Shown here one piece after another: positions 27,052-37,297 of a DNA stretch of 64,000 nucleotides. The stretch is taken from the NCBI GenBank assembly GCA_964291625.2, contig OZ220090.1:512001-576000 (forward strand), written 5' to 3'. Source of the DNA: Candidatus Latescibacterota bacterium. Its GTDB lineage: Bacteria > Latescibacterota > UBA2968 > UBA8231. Position numbers and translations under genes: made by a program. Below the pieces are notes generated by a model. The model had not been told where the DNA came from, made no database searches, and saw nothing but the letters and a program-made list of their open reading frames with translations. Position 1 is the stretch's first letter. Each line of letters starts with the position of its first letter.

Positions 27052-28289
27052 ATGGCAACGGAAGTGGTCATGCCCAAGCTGGGCCTGACGATGGAGCGGG
27101 GCACCATCGGCAGTTGGCTCAAAGGCGTCGGCGATCCAGTAGATCGCGGGGAGCCGCTGCTGGAGGTGGTCACCGACAAGGTGACGATGGAGGTCGAGGC
27201 GCAGGCCTCCGGCGTGCTGCGGCGGATCCTCGTGCCCGAGGGCGAGGAGGTGGAGGTAGCGACGCCGATCGCCTTGATCGCGGCCCCTGAGGAGGATCTC
27301 TCCGCTTTCGAGGCCGCCCCGGAGCCCGCGGCGGCCCCACCCCGCCCGGATCCGCCCCCGGCGCCGCTACCGGAGGTTGCCCCCCAAAGCCCCGCCGCCC
27401 GACCGGAGCGGGTGGCCGCCTCCGAGGGGGGGGCCGTGCCACCCGCCCCCGAGGTCGGCGGGCGTCCGCACCGCGCTTCGCCCAAGGCCCGCAGACTGGC
27501 TGCCGAGAGGGGGATCGACCTGACGGCGGTCACCGGCAGCGGCCCGGGCGGGCGCGTCGTGAGCGCCGACGTGGAGGCCCATCGTCCGGCCACTCCGGCG
27601 CCCTCTCCGGCCCCGCCGGGGGGGAGTTGGTGGAGCTGACCCCGGCCCAGAGAGTCGCCGCCGAGCGACTCACCGCCAGTTACCAGCAGGCCCCTCACAT
27701 CTACCTGGAGATGCAGGTCTCCGCCAACTGGCTCGACCGGCTGAGGCGCGGCTATCAGGCCGAGGGCCGAAGGATCTCCTACAACGACCTGATCCTCAAG
27801 GCCGTCGCCGCCGCCCTCGTCGAGCATCCCCGCCTCAACGCCCACTTCGTCGATGGACGCCTGCAGCAGCACGCCAGCGTCGATCTCGGAATCGCCACCG
27901 ACACCGGGTCCGGCCTGCTGGTACCGGTGCTGCGCGGGGCCCAGGACCTCGACATCGGCCAGATCGCCGCCGAAACCCGGCGCCTCACCGAGGCCGCCCG
28001 CCAGGGGACGATCGGCCTGGACGACCTGCAGGGCGGCGGTTTCACCGTCTCCAATCTGGGCATGTTCGGTCTCTCCCGGTTCACGGCCATCATCAACCCC
28101 CCGCAGGTGGCCATCCTGGCGGTGGGCGCCATCGAACCGCGGGTCGTGGCGGTGGAAGGGGAGGCCATGGCCGTTCGGCCGGCCATGAGCCTCACCCTCT
28201 CGGCCGATCACCGGGCCGTGGACGGGGCCGCCGCCGCCCGCTTCCTGCAGCGTCTCCGCGAGCTCCTCGAGTCCCCCGGCTCGCCTTGA
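27052..28289 (+). pseudogene. Dihydrolipoamide acyltransferase (E2), split by a frameshift at a G7 run (27618-27624)
   Basis: 27052-27639 encodes lipoyl domain (VTDKV) and E3-binding domain (ASPKARRLA); 27627-28289 encodes catalytic domain (SADHRAVDG); one extra G fuses them. Confidence 0.75.
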
Positions 28290-28314
28290 CCTGGACAGGG
28301 GGGCCCGTTATCTT
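28286..28314 (+). promoter_or_regulatory. Putative ftsH promoter
   Basis: TTGACC-17 nt-TATCTT. Confidence 0.55.
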
Positions 28315-28384
28315 CGCCCGACAGGCCATAACTCATTTTTTTCCAATACGTTAGGAGCCGCCTGCGCCTGGGGCGTCAGGACCG

Positions 28385-30346
28385 ATGCGACTCGATCGAA
28401 AGACCCAGCTGACCATCGCCTACGCGATTCTCGCCGTCCTCCTCCTCCTGGTCATGCAGTCCTACTTGGAGGGCCAGGTCGACACGGTGAAATACAGCGA
28501 GTTCCGCCAGTGGCTGGTGGATGGCCGCATCGTGGAGTGTTCGGTCGGAAGGGACGAGATCAGCGGCAAGTACCTCTCCGGCGGTGGGGATCAGACCCGG
28601 GGCTTCACCGTGACCAAGGTCGAGGACCCCGAGCTGGTCAAACTCCTGCAGGAGCATGTGCCCAACTATTCCGGCAAGCGCGAGTCGGCGCTGATCAGCT
28701 CGCTGCTCGGATGGGTCCTGCCGCTCATGTTCTTCGTCGCCATCTGGATGTTCATGGCCCGGCGTCTCGGGGGCGGCTCCGGCGGCCTCATGTCGATCGG
28801 GAAGAGCAAGGCCAAGGTCTACATGGAGAAGGGCACGGGGATCACCTTCGCCGATGTGGCCGGTATCGACGAGGCCAAGGAGGAGCTCCAGGAGGTCGTC
28901 GAGTTCCTCCGGACACCCGAGCGCTTCCAGGCCCTGGGGGGGAAGATCCCCCGGGGGGTGCTGCTCGTGGGATCGCCGGGGACCGGCAAGACCCTGCTGG
29001 CCAAGGCGGTGGCCGGCGAGGCCGGTGTGCCCTTCTTCTCAATCAGCGGCTCCGACTTCGTGGAGATGTTCGTCGGTGTCGGGGCCGCCCGGGTCCGGGA
29101 CCTCTTCGAGCAGGCCACGAAGCACGCTCCCGCCATCATCTTCATCGACGAGCTCGACGCCCTCGGCAAGGCCCGCGGCGTCGGCTCCATGGGCGGGCAC
29201 GACGAGCGCGAGCAGACCCTCAACCAGCTGCTCACCGAGCTCGACGGGTTCGACACCAATGCCGGCATCATCCTGATGGCGGCGACCAATCGACCCGAGA
29301 TCCTCGATCCGGCCCTGCTGCGCCCCGGCCGCTTCGACCGCACCGTCACCGTCGACCGCCCCGACGTGGGTGGCCGGGAGGCGATTCTGCGTATCCACGC
29401 CCGGGAGGTGAAGCTGGCCGCGGACGTCGATCTCCATCGGCTGGCGGTGCGCACGCCCGGGTTCGCGGGCGCCGATCTGGCCAACGTGGTCAACGAGGCC
29501 GCCCTGCTGGCGGCGCGGCGCAACAAGGAAGCGATCACGATGGAGGAGCTGTCCGAGGCCGTGGAGCGGGCCGTGGCCGGGCTGGAGAGGAAGAGCCGCG
29601 TCCTCAACGAGAAGGAACGCCGCATCGTCGCCTACCACGAGGCCGGCCACGCCATCGTCGGCGAGCTCGTCGACGAGGCGAACCCGGTGCAGAAGATCTC
29701 CATCATCCCGCGGGGGGTGGCAGCCCTCGGATACACCCTCAACTCGCCGGCGGAGGACCGCTACCTGGCGACGAAGGACGAGCTGAAGGCCCAGATCTGC
29801 GGACTCCTGGGAGGGCGGGCGGCGGAGGAGATCGTCTTCGGCGAGATCTCCACGGGGGCCTCCGGGGACCTGGCCCGGGCTACCCAGGTGGCCGAGAGCA
29901 TGGTCAAGGAGTACGGCATGAGCCCGGCCCTCGGCCTGGCGGCGCACCGGGAGGAACGCAGTCCGAACCAGGTCCTCGGCATGCCCGTCAACGACCGCAG
30001 CTACAGCGAGGAGACGGCGCGCCGGATCGACGAGGAGGTCACGGCCATCCTCGACGACGGCTATGGGAGGGCCAAGGGCATCCTGGAGGAGCACCGGGAA
30101 ACACTCGAGGGCGTCGTGCAGGTGCTCTTTGAACGGGAGACCATGGAGGGGACCGATCTTCGGAAGATGCTCGGAAAGCCCGAGGCCCCGGAGGGGAAGG
30201 CGGACAACTACCCCACCCCGGCCGCAGAGAAGGACGCCGGCGACACGCCGTCCATCAGCGGGGCGCCGGTGCCCGCGCCCTCACGGGCCCCGGCCACCGG
30301 AGGCCCTCCGCCAGGCCCGGTCTCGCCGGAAAGCGGAGCCACCTGA
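28385..30346 (+). CDS. ftsH: ATP-dependent zinc metalloprotease FtsH
   Basis: 2 [32 protein letters not shown]. Confidence 0.97.
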   Translation: MRLDRKTQLTIAYAILAVLLLLVMQSYLEGQVDTVKYSEFRQWLVDGRIVECSVGRDEISGKYLSGGGDQTRGFTVTKVEDPELVKLLQEHVPNYSGKRESALISSLLGWVLPLMFFVAIWMFMARRLGGGSGGLMSIGKSKAKVYMEKGTGITFADVAGIDEAKEELQEVVEFLRTPERFQALGGKIPRGVLLVGSPGTGKTLLAKAVAGEAGVPFFSISGSDFVEMFVGVGAARVRDLFEQATKHAPAIIFIDELDALGKARGVGSMGGHDEREQTLNQLLTELDGFDTNAGIILMAATNRPEILDPALLRPGRFDRTVTVDRPDVGGREAILRIHAREVKLAADVDLHRLAVRTPGFAGADLANVVNEAALLAARRNKEAITMEELSEAVERAVAGLERKSRVLNEKERRIVAYHEAGHAIVGELVDEANPVQKISIIPRGVAALGYTLNSPAEDRYLATKDELKAQICGLLGGRAAEEIVFGEISTGASGDLARATQVAESMVKEYGMSPALGLAAHREERSPNQVLGMPVNDRSYSEETARRIDEEVTAILDDGYGRAKGILEEHRETLEGVVQVLFERETMEGTDLRKMLGKPEAPEGKADNYPTPAAEKDAGDTPSISGAPVPAPSRAPATGGPPPGPVSPESGAT

Positions 30347-30391
30347 GCCAGGTGTCGTCGGCCGTCTCCGCCGCAGCGATGGCCGCATCCC

Positions 30392-30856
30392 TCACCTCTG
30401 CCCGGTAGCGATCACCTCCAGCTCCACCGGGGCCCCAAGAGGCAGCGACCCGACACCCACGGCGACCCGGGCGTGGACCCCCGACTCACCCAGCACATCG
30501 GCCATCAGCTCGGAGGCGCCGTCGACGACCTGCGCCTGTCCCTCGAAGCCGTCGGCGCTGGCCACGTACCCGGTCATGCGCACGATTCGTGTCCGGTCGA
30601 GATCGTATCCCTCGGCTGCGAGCACCCCCAGGGCGTTCAGTGCGCACTGCCGGGCCGCCTCGCGCCCGGCCTCCACCGGCAGGCCACCGTCGCCGACCAC
30701 CCCCTGGACGATCATGCGCCCGTCGGCCAGGGGCAGCTGGCCGGCGACGAAGACCAGGCCCGCGGCTTCCACGGCCCGCCTGTAGGCCCCCGCGGGCGCG
30801 GGGGGAGAGGGCAGGGTGAGGTCCATCTCTTGCAGTCGATGGCGGGCGCGGGACAT
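30392..30856 (-). CDS. RidA/YjgF family protein
   Basis: PAPAGAY, VFVAGQLP, GASEL, HARVAVGVGSLPLGAPVELE. Confidence 0.88.
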   Translation of the reverse strand: MSRARHRLQEMDLTLPSPPAPAGAYRRAVEAAGLVFVAGQLPLADGRMIVQGVVGDGGLPVEAGREAARQCALNALGVLAAEGYDLDRTRIVRMTGYVASADGFEGQAQVVDGASELMADVLGESGVHARVAVGVGSLPLGAPVELEVIATGQR

Positions 30857-30935
30857 CCTCGGCCTCCTGTGCGGGGTGAGCTGAGGCAGGCAATATAGCG
30901 CTCCATGGCAGTCCGGCACGGTCCGTCTGGACGCG

Positions 30936-30965
30936 TTGACCGACGGGGAGGACCTGGCTTAGGCT
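30936..30965 (+). promoter_or_regulatory. Putative promoter of the epimerase-LarA-SDR operon
   Basis: TTGACC-18 nt-TAGGCT. Confidence 0.4.
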
Positions 30966-30994
30966 ATGCCGCCCCGAAAGGAGAGGCAGGACCT

Positions 30995-31759
30995 ATGTGC
31001 GCATCCGTCATCGGAGCTCAGCTCTACACCGTGAGGGACTTCCTCAAGACCCCGGCCGAGATCCGCGACAGCTTCCGGCGAGTGGCCGACATCGGCTACG
31101 AGGCCGTGCAGTGCTCGGGTCTCGGGCCGATCGATGCGGCGGAGCTGAGAGCCGTCGCCGACGAAGCGGGCCTCGAGATCGCGGCGACCCACACCGACTT
31201 CGACCGCATCCGCCGCGAGCCTGGGCAGGTGATCGAGGAGCACCGGGCCTGGGGGTGCCGGCACGTGGCCATCGGCGGCATGCCGGGGGAGTATCGGAGC
31301 GCGGAGGGATTCAGCCGCTTTGCCCGGGAGGCCTCGGTAGCGGTGCGGCCGCTGATCGACGCCGGACTCACCTTCAGCTACCACAACCACAGCTTCGAAC
31401 TCGAGCGTTTCGGCGACCGCACGGGCCTGCAGATCCTCGTCGAAGAGAGCGACCCGGATACGTTCTCCTTCGAGGTCGACACCTACTGGATCCAGCACGG
31501 GGGCGGCAATCCGGTCACCTGGCTCGAGCGCCTGAAGGACCGAATGCACATCGTACACCTGAAGGACCTGGCCATGAAGGGCACGGAGCAGCGCTTCGCC
31601 GAGGTGGGGGAGGGCAACCTGGAATGGCCCGCCATCCTCGCCGCCTGCCAGTCCGCCGACGTCGAGTGGTACCTGATCGAGCAGGACCGCTGCGACGGCG
31701 ACCCCTTCGACAGTCTCGCCACCAGCCTCGGCAACCTGCGGGCCATGGGGCTGCACTAG
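30995..31759 (+). CDS. Sugar phosphate isomerase/epimerase (TIM barrel)
   Basis: GAQLYTVRD, SYHNHSFE, EVDTYWIQHGG, VHLKD, EVGEG, IEQD. Confidence 0.88.
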   Translation: MCASVIGAQLYTVRDFLKTPAEIRDSFRRVADIGYEAVQCSGLGPIDAAELRAVADEAGLEIAATHTDFDRIRREPGQVIEEHRAWGCRHVAIGGMPGEYRSAEGFSRFAREASVAVRPLIDAGLTFSYHNHSFELERFGDRTGLQILVEESDPDTFSFEVDTYWIQHGGGNPVTWLERLKDRMHIVHLKDLAMKGTEQRFAEVGEGNLEWPAILAACQSADVEWYLIEQDRCDGDPFDSLATSLGNLRAMGLH

Positions 31760-31762
31760 CCG

Positions 31763-32962
31763 ATGAGCACCCCCGACAGGTGCACCGAGCTGCAGATCCC
31801 CTGGGCGGCTTGGTACGGCAAGGAGCCGCTGAGTCTCCGCCTTCCCGAGAGCTGGGAGGTCACGGTCCGGCGGATGCGCGGGGGGCCGGACATCGGCGAC
31901 GCCGGGATCCGCCGGGCCCTGGCCGGGCCGATCGGGGCGCTCCCTCTGCGGGAGCACGCCAGGGGCCGGTCCAGCGCCGCGATTCTGGTGGACGATCTGT
32001 CCCGGCCGACGCCAGCCTTCCGCGTGGTCCCCTACATCCTCGAAGAGCTGCACGCGGCGGGCATCGACGACGACGGCATCACCATCATCTGCGCCCTGGC
32101 CGCTCACCGGCCCATGACCCGGGACGACTTCCTCAAGAAGCTCGGCGCCGAGATCGTCGAGCGCTATCGCGTCGTCAACCACAACGCCTACGAGAACCTC
32201 GAGTTCCTCGGGAACACGAGCCTCGGAGTGCCGGTCTTCGTCAACCGCGACCTGATGGCCTGCCAGGTGCGCATCGCGGCGGGCATGATCACGCCTCGCG
32301 GCGGGATGTTCGGCGGCGGCGCCAAGCTGCTGATTCCCGGGGCCTGCGGCCAGCAGACGATTCTGCTCAACCACCGCTACGTCCAGGGAGAGGCCTTCCG
32401 TCCCCATCTCGACGAGGTGGCGGGGATGGCCGGCGTCGATTACATCGTCAACCCGCTGCTGAACGAGGGTCTGGAGATCATGGGCCTCGTGGCCGGCGAC
32501 CTGACCGCCGCCTTCGAGCAAGGCTGCCGATTGGGGGCCGAGCTCTACGCTACTCCCATGCCGGCGGCCGGCACGGTGGACGTGGGCATCTTCAGCGCCT
32601 TCCCGAAGGACACCGAGCTGTGCCAGGCGGGGCTGGCCCTCGTGCCCCTCGGCAGCTGCCCCCACGACCCGATCGCCGAGGGCGGCACCGTCGTCATCGC
32701 CAGCGCCTGCCCGGAGGGGCTCGGCTGGCACTCGGTCCTCGGCCCGGGGACCGCCCTGCGCGCCCCTCCGCAGCCGCCGGCCCACCGCACGCTGCTGTTC
32801 TCGACGGGAGTGAACCCGTACGACTGCCAGGCCCTGTACGGCGAGCACGTCCGCCTGTTCCGGGAATGGGAGGACCTCATCGGCCAGTTGCAGGCCATCC
32901 ACGGCGAAAGCCCCCGGGTGTCGGTCTTCCCCGCCGGGGCCCTGCAGATGGCCGCCACCTGA
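31763..32962 (+). CDS. Lactate racemase (LarA) domain protein, divergent
   Basis: ALAGPIG, ILVDDLSRPTP, ALAAHRPMT, GNTSLGVPVFVN, GGGAKLLIPG, NH. Confidence 0.8.
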   Translation: MSTPDRCTELQIPWAAWYGKEPLSLRLPESWEVTVRRMRGGPDIGDAGIRRALAGPIGALPLREHARGRSSAAILVDDLSRPTPAFRVVPYILEELHAAGIDDDGITIICALAAHRPMTRDDFLKKLGAEIVERYRVVNHNAYENLEFLGNTSLGVPVFVNRDLMACQVRIAAGMITPRGGMFGGGAKLLIPGACGQQTILLNHRYVQGEAFRPHLDEVAGMAGVDYIVNPLLNEGLEIMGLVAGDLTAAFEQGCRLGAELYATPMPAAGTVDVGIFSAFPKDTELCQAGLALVPLGSCPHDPIAEGGTVVIASACPEGLGWHSVLGPGTALRAPPQPPAHRTLLFSTGVNPYDCQALYGEHVRLFREWEDLIGQLQAIHGESPRVSVFPAGALQMAAT

Positions 32963-32986
32963 GCACATGACAATGAGGCGGGAAGC

Positions 32987-33763
32987 GTGGCCCCACTGAA
33001 GTCCTTCGATCTCGATGGCCGGGTCGTGGCCGTCACCGGCGCCGGCCGCGGGATCGGCCGCACCATCGCTCTCGACGCGGTCCGCTCGGGCGCACGCGTG
33101 GCCATCGGCAGCCGGACGGTCAGCGAACTGGAGAGTCTCCAGGAGAGCATCGAGGCCATGGGGGGGGAGTGCTTCGCCCACTTCCTCGACGTGACCGACG
33201 TCGCCTCCATCGAGGCCTTCTTCGAGGGGGCGGACGCCCACTACGAGGGACTCCACGTCCTGGTGAACAACGCCGGCTACAACAAGCTCGGGAAGATCCT
33301 CGACTACGACGAGGATCTCTACGATCAGATCGTCGCTGCCAACCTCAAGAGCGTGTTCTTCTGCAGCCAGGCGGCGGCGAAGCGCATGATCGCCCGGGGG
33401 GTCCGCGGCAGCATCGTGAACATCTCCTCCCAGGCGGGGGTGGTGGGAGCGCCGGAGCGGGGACCCTATTCGGCGGCCAAGGGAGGGGTGAACAACCTGA
33501 CGCGCACGGCGGCCGCCGAATGGGCGGAGCACGGGATCCGGGTCAATGCCGTGGCCCCCACGGTGACCCGGTCGCCCCTGGCCCAGAGAGCCATGGAGGA
33601 CAGCCAGGCCTTCGCCGACGCGGTGAAGACCAAGAACCTCCTTCGCGGCGACCTGGCCGAGCCGGAGGAGATCTCCGCACCGGTGATCTTCCTGGCCTCC
33701 GATGCCGCCAGCATGGTCACCGGCCACGTTCTGGTGGTCGACGGGGGGTGGACCATCGTCTGA
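32987..33763 (+). CDS. SDR family oxidoreductase
   Basis: TGAGRGIG, NNAG, YSAAK, IRVNAVAP, VDGG. Confidence 0.93.
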   Translation: MAPLKSFDLDGRVVAVTGAGRGIGRTIALDAVRSGARVAIGSRTVSELESLQESIEAMGGECFAHFLDVTDVASIEAFFEGADAHYEGLHVLVNNAGYNKLGKILDYDEDLYDQIVAANLKSVFFCSQAAAKRMIARGVRGSIVNISSQAGVVGAPERGPYSAAKGGVNNLTRTAAAEWAEHGIRVNAVAPTVTRSPLAQRAMEDSQAFADAVKTKNLLRGDLAEPEEISAPVIFLASDAASMVTGHVLVVDGGWTIV

Positions 33764-33806
33764 CGGCGGGTTCCACATGTCGCCGTCAAGCCGCGGTACC
33801 AGGCCT

Positions 33807-34946
33807 TCAGGGCCGCTCCGAGGCGCCTGGAGCGGTCTCCCGCAGTCTCTCCCCCTGCCAGCCTCGGCGCGCCTCCAGCAGCCCGTCCAGCTCCCCGACG
33901 GCGGAGGCCGTGGCGGACTGCGGATCCCTTGCCAGATGGGCGAGCAGCTCCACGAGGGAGGCGGCATCTTCCACGGCGACGGCTTCGGCCCTCAGCTTCT
34001 TCCCGCCGCGGTTGTGGTAGTTCTCCAGGGGCAGGGCCACCGCACCGGCCCTCAGGCCCGCCCGGCAAAGGGCCGTCGCTTCGCACGTTCCTCCATCCAT
34101 CAGCCGGCGCTGATACCGGAAGGCGGGCCGCTGCCTGCCAAGATCCTCGGCCGCCCCAGCCAGGGCGGCGGTGACCGCAGCGTCGAAGAGCCAGCGGCGG
34201 TCACCGACCCGGATCACGGGGCCGTCGCCGAGGGGGGCACCCGCCAAGCTGGAGGAGCATTCGATATTCACGTACAGGGGATTCCGGTCGAGGTGCCCGC
34301 CGTCGAGGGCGGCGAGCATCCCCCCGAAGCCGGTCTCCTCGGCCCGGGTCAGCAGAACGCCGATGCCTGGGGCCGGGTCGGCGCGCAGGGCCTCGAGGAC
34401 CGACAGGGCCACGGCCACGCCGGCCAGGTCGTCGCAGGCGCGGCCGGAGAGCCTTCCGCCGGACAGCTCGAAGCCGGGCAGATCCCAAGTTGCGAAGATT
34501 CCTCCCGCCTTGGCATCTGCAACCGGATCGTCCAGGCGCACTCGAAAGGCGGGCCGGCCGCCGGGGTCGCCCGGAGCACCCTCCTCCAAGTAGGCCAGCA
34601 CCCTCCCACGGGCGATGGGCTCGGTGGACTGGTGGTCGTGCACCAGCACGCCGGCCCCCCTGGTCAGCTCGGTGGGAATGCCGCCCAGGGAGTGGAAGAA
34701 CCAATCGCCGCCGTCGCCAGCGGCCAGTGCCAGCCCGGGGTGGTCGAGGTGAGCGGTGAGGACGATTCCCGGTGCTGCCGCGCCCAGACGCAGGTGGAGG
34801 TTTCCGAAGGGGTCGGACAGGCAGTGCAGATCGGGCCGCTCCGCCAAATACCGCTCCACCTCCGCCAGGACGAGGTGCTCGTGGAAGGGTGCGGTGGGAA
34901 TGGGGACGAATCGCCGGGCCACGTCCAGATAGAGATCGGCAAGCAT
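33807..34946 (-). CDS. M20/M28/M42-type dinuclear metallopeptidase
   Basis: TAHLDHPG, RACDDLAG, RAEETG, NIE, NYHN; no signal peptide. Confidence 0.8.
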   Translation of the reverse strand: MLADLYLDVARRFVPIPTAPFHEHLVLAEVERYLAERPDLHCLSDPFGNLHLRLGAAAPGIVLTAHLDHPGLALAAGDGGDWFFHSLGGIPTELTRGAGVLVHDHQSTEPIARGRVLAYLEEGAPGDPGGRPAFRVRLDDPVADAKAGGIFATWDLPGFELSGGRLSGRACDDLAGVAVALSVLEALRADPAPGIGVLLTRAEETGFGGMLAALDGGHLDRNPLYVNIECSSSLAGAPLGDGPVIRVGDRRWLFDAAVTAALAGAAEDLGRQRPAFRYQRRLMDGGTCEATALCRAGLRAGAVALPLENYHNRGGKKLRAEAVAVEDAASLVELLAHLARDPQSATASAVGELDGLLEARRGWQGERLRETAPGASERP

Positions 34947-35076
34947 TGGATACCGCCTGTTCCAGGGGGTCGTGGGGATAGGGTATCCGGAGGACGTCCG
35001 GGGTCAAGCGGATTGGTTCGGTGGAGACGGGGCGCCTACCTTGGTGCCGTTCCACCCGGTCGGGAGGCCCGGTTTC

Positions 35077-37233
35077 GTGAGACGGGACATACCACAGGAG
35101 TACAGCGACCACCTGGCCACGCGCCGGGAGCACGTGCTGGGCGGCGGCGGCGAGCGACTCTCCTTCCGCGCCTTCTGGGTCGGCGGCTTCCTCTCCTTCT
35201 TCCTCGCCGTGGGCGCGCCCTACGGCAACATGATCATCCGCGGCTCCTACATGGCCCTCGACTTCAGCACCCCGGGGGCGATTTTCCTCTTTCTGTTCCT
35301 CATCGGCCTCCTCAACTGCGCCTTCAAGCTCGCCCGCCACCCTGCGGTTGCCATCGGCCTCGCCGGCTCGGCCACGGCGGGATGGCTGATCGTCTACAGG
35401 ACGGCCATCACCGATCTCGACTTCTACTCCCCGGGTCTGATGCTGGCCACCTTCCTGGTCCTGACCACCTGGCTCAACCTGCCGGTGGTGCTCCGCGGCG
35501 GGAGCCTGGCCCTGAACCGATCCGAGCTGGTCCTGGTCTACGCCATGCTGCTCATCGTCTCCGCCCTGTGCACCATGGGGCTGGGCGAGCAGATCCTGCC
35601 CGTCATCACGGCGATCTTCTACTTCGCCTCGCCGGAGAACCAGTGGGCGGAGAAGCTCTTTCCCCACCTGCCCCAGCGGGCGATGGTGAACGACGGCACG
35701 GACAGCCGACTGTTCTACGAGGGACTCTCCGGTCCGGAGGAGGCGATTCCCTACGAGTCCTGGGTGGAGCCCCTCCTGTGGTGGGGGATCTTCCTGCTGG
35801 CCCTGTACGTGATGATGGTCTCGGTGGCCGTGATCCTCCGCCGCCAGTGGATGGAGCGGGAACGCCTGGCCTACCCGATCGCGCAGGTGGGCCTCTCGAT
35901 GATCCGCTCCGAGCACGCCGACCGGGCGGTGAACGGCTTCTTCAGGCGACCCCTCATGTGGTTGGGGGCGTCCCTGCCCCTGATCGTCGGCAGCCTGAAG
36001 GCCCTGAACCGCTACTACCCGGAAGTTCCGGTGGCGCCGACGCATTGGTTCCTGCCCTTCGTGGGATACGAGAGCCTGCAGATCACGATCAGCTTCGCCA
36101 TGCTGGGGTTCTCCTACTTCATCAACGCCAACATCGCCGCCGGCATCTGGTTCTTCCACCTGTTCTCGAAGGTGGAGAAGCAGGCCCTGCTTCTCACCGG
36201 CCTCCAGTCCACGCAGAAGATCAGCTTCGGAGTCTCCGACTATCCCTTCCTCGGCTACCAGGGAGTGGGGGCATTGCTGGCCATGGTGGTCGTCGGTCTG
36301 TGGGTCGGCCGCGAGCACTACCGCCGGGTGCTGCTCAAGGCCGCCGGCCTCGCTCCCGAGGTGCAGGACGAGGACGAGATCCTGTCCTACCGGGGCGCCG
36401 TGGCGGGGGCCGTGGGCGGCACCGCCCTCATGGCTGGATGGCTGTGGATCATGGGGACCCCCCTGTGGGTGGCCCTGCTCTTCATCGTCCTGGCCATCCT
36501 GATCTTCATCGGCATTACCCGGATCGTGACCGAAGCGGGACTGGCCGCCATCCGCTCGCCGATGATCGCCAGCGAGCTGGTGGTGCAGGGGATGGGCTCC
36601 TCCCTGGTCGGCCCCGCGGGAGTGATGAACCTCTCCCTGACCTACATCTGGGCCGCCGATATCCGCGTCTTCGTCATGGCCACGGCCTCCAACGCGTTGA
36701 AGATGATCGAGGAGATGGAGCCCCGGAACCGGCGCATCGTGTTCTGGGCCATGGTGGCGGCCATGTTCATCGGCGCCGCCGGATCCTTGTGGATGATCTT
36801 CCACATGGCCTACCGGCACGGGGGCATCAACCTGGCGAGCTGGTTCTTCCAGGGCCTGCCCCGGACCGCGTACGACGCAGCCCTGCGCAACATGGAGCCC
36901 GAGGGAACCTACTGGCCGGGTCTCGGCTTCTTCGGGGGCGGCGCCGCCGCCATGGTTGCCATGATGTGGCTTCGCCAGCGGCTGCCGTGGTGGCCCGTCC
37001 ATCCCATCGGCTTTCCCATCGGCGCCAACAGCATGATGAACCACGTCTGGTTCAACGTCTTCGTGGCCTGGCTGGTGAAGCGGACCGTGCTGCGCTACGG
37101 CGGCGCCAACGCCTACCACGGCAGCCAGCACTTCTTCCTGGGGCTGATCGCCGGCCAGGTCCTGTGCAACGGCCTGTGGCTGGTGATCGACTACTTCACC
37201 GGCAAGGTGGGCAACTCCATCTTCTGGGTGTGA
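35077..37233 (+). CDS. Polytopic membrane protein, DUF6785/DUF6784-like (putative peptide transporter), copy 1
   Basis: Many TM helices; ELVLVYAM, PENQW, FYEG, RRQWMERERLAYPI, WWPVHPIG; GTG start after GGGAGG; family name recalled, needs HMM check. Confidence 0.75.
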   Translation: MRRDIPQEYSDHLATRREHVLGGGGERLSFRAFWVGGFLSFFLAVGAPYGNMIIRGSYMALDFSTPGAIFLFLFLIGLLNCAFKLARHPAVAIGLAGSATAGWLIVYRTAITDLDFYSPGLMLATFLVLTTWLNLPVVLRGGSLALNRSELVLVYAMLLIVSALCTMGLGEQILPVITAIFYFASPENQWAEKLFPHLPQRAMVNDGTDSRLFYEGLSGPEEAIPYESWVEPLLWWGIFLLALYVMMVSVAVILRRQWMERERLAYPIAQVGLSMIRSEHADRAVNGFFRRPLMWLGASLPLIVGSLKALNRYYPEVPVAPTHWFLPFVGYESLQITISFAMLGFSYFINANIAAGIWFFHLFSKVEKQALLLTGLQSTQKISFGVSDYPFLGYQGVGALLAMVVVGLWVGREHYRRVLLKAAGLAPEVQDEDEILSYRGAVAGAVGGTALMAGWLWIMGTPLWVALLFIVLAILIFIGITRIVTEAGLAAIRSPMIASELVVQGMGSSLVGPAGVMNLSLTYIWAADIRVFVMATASNALKMIEEMEPRNRRIVFWAMVAAMFIGAAGSLWMIFHMAYRHGGINLASWFFQGLPRTAYDAALRNMEPEGTYWPGLGFFGGGAAAMVAMMWLRQRLPWWPVHPIGFPIGANSMMNHVWFNVFVAWLVKRTVLRYGGANAYHGSQHFFLGLIAGQVLCNGLWLVIDYFTGKVGNSIFWV

Positions 37234-37297
37234 GGGGCGGGATGCAGAAGAGCGTGAGGCGCCTTCGAAGCGCACCTGGGGGTTCCGGGACTCGGCC

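Noticed and set aside
26835-28211. Upstream part of the 616-aa minus ORF containing the NUDIX domain
   Set aside because: Antisense of the E2 gene; only the last ~157 aa look like a protein.
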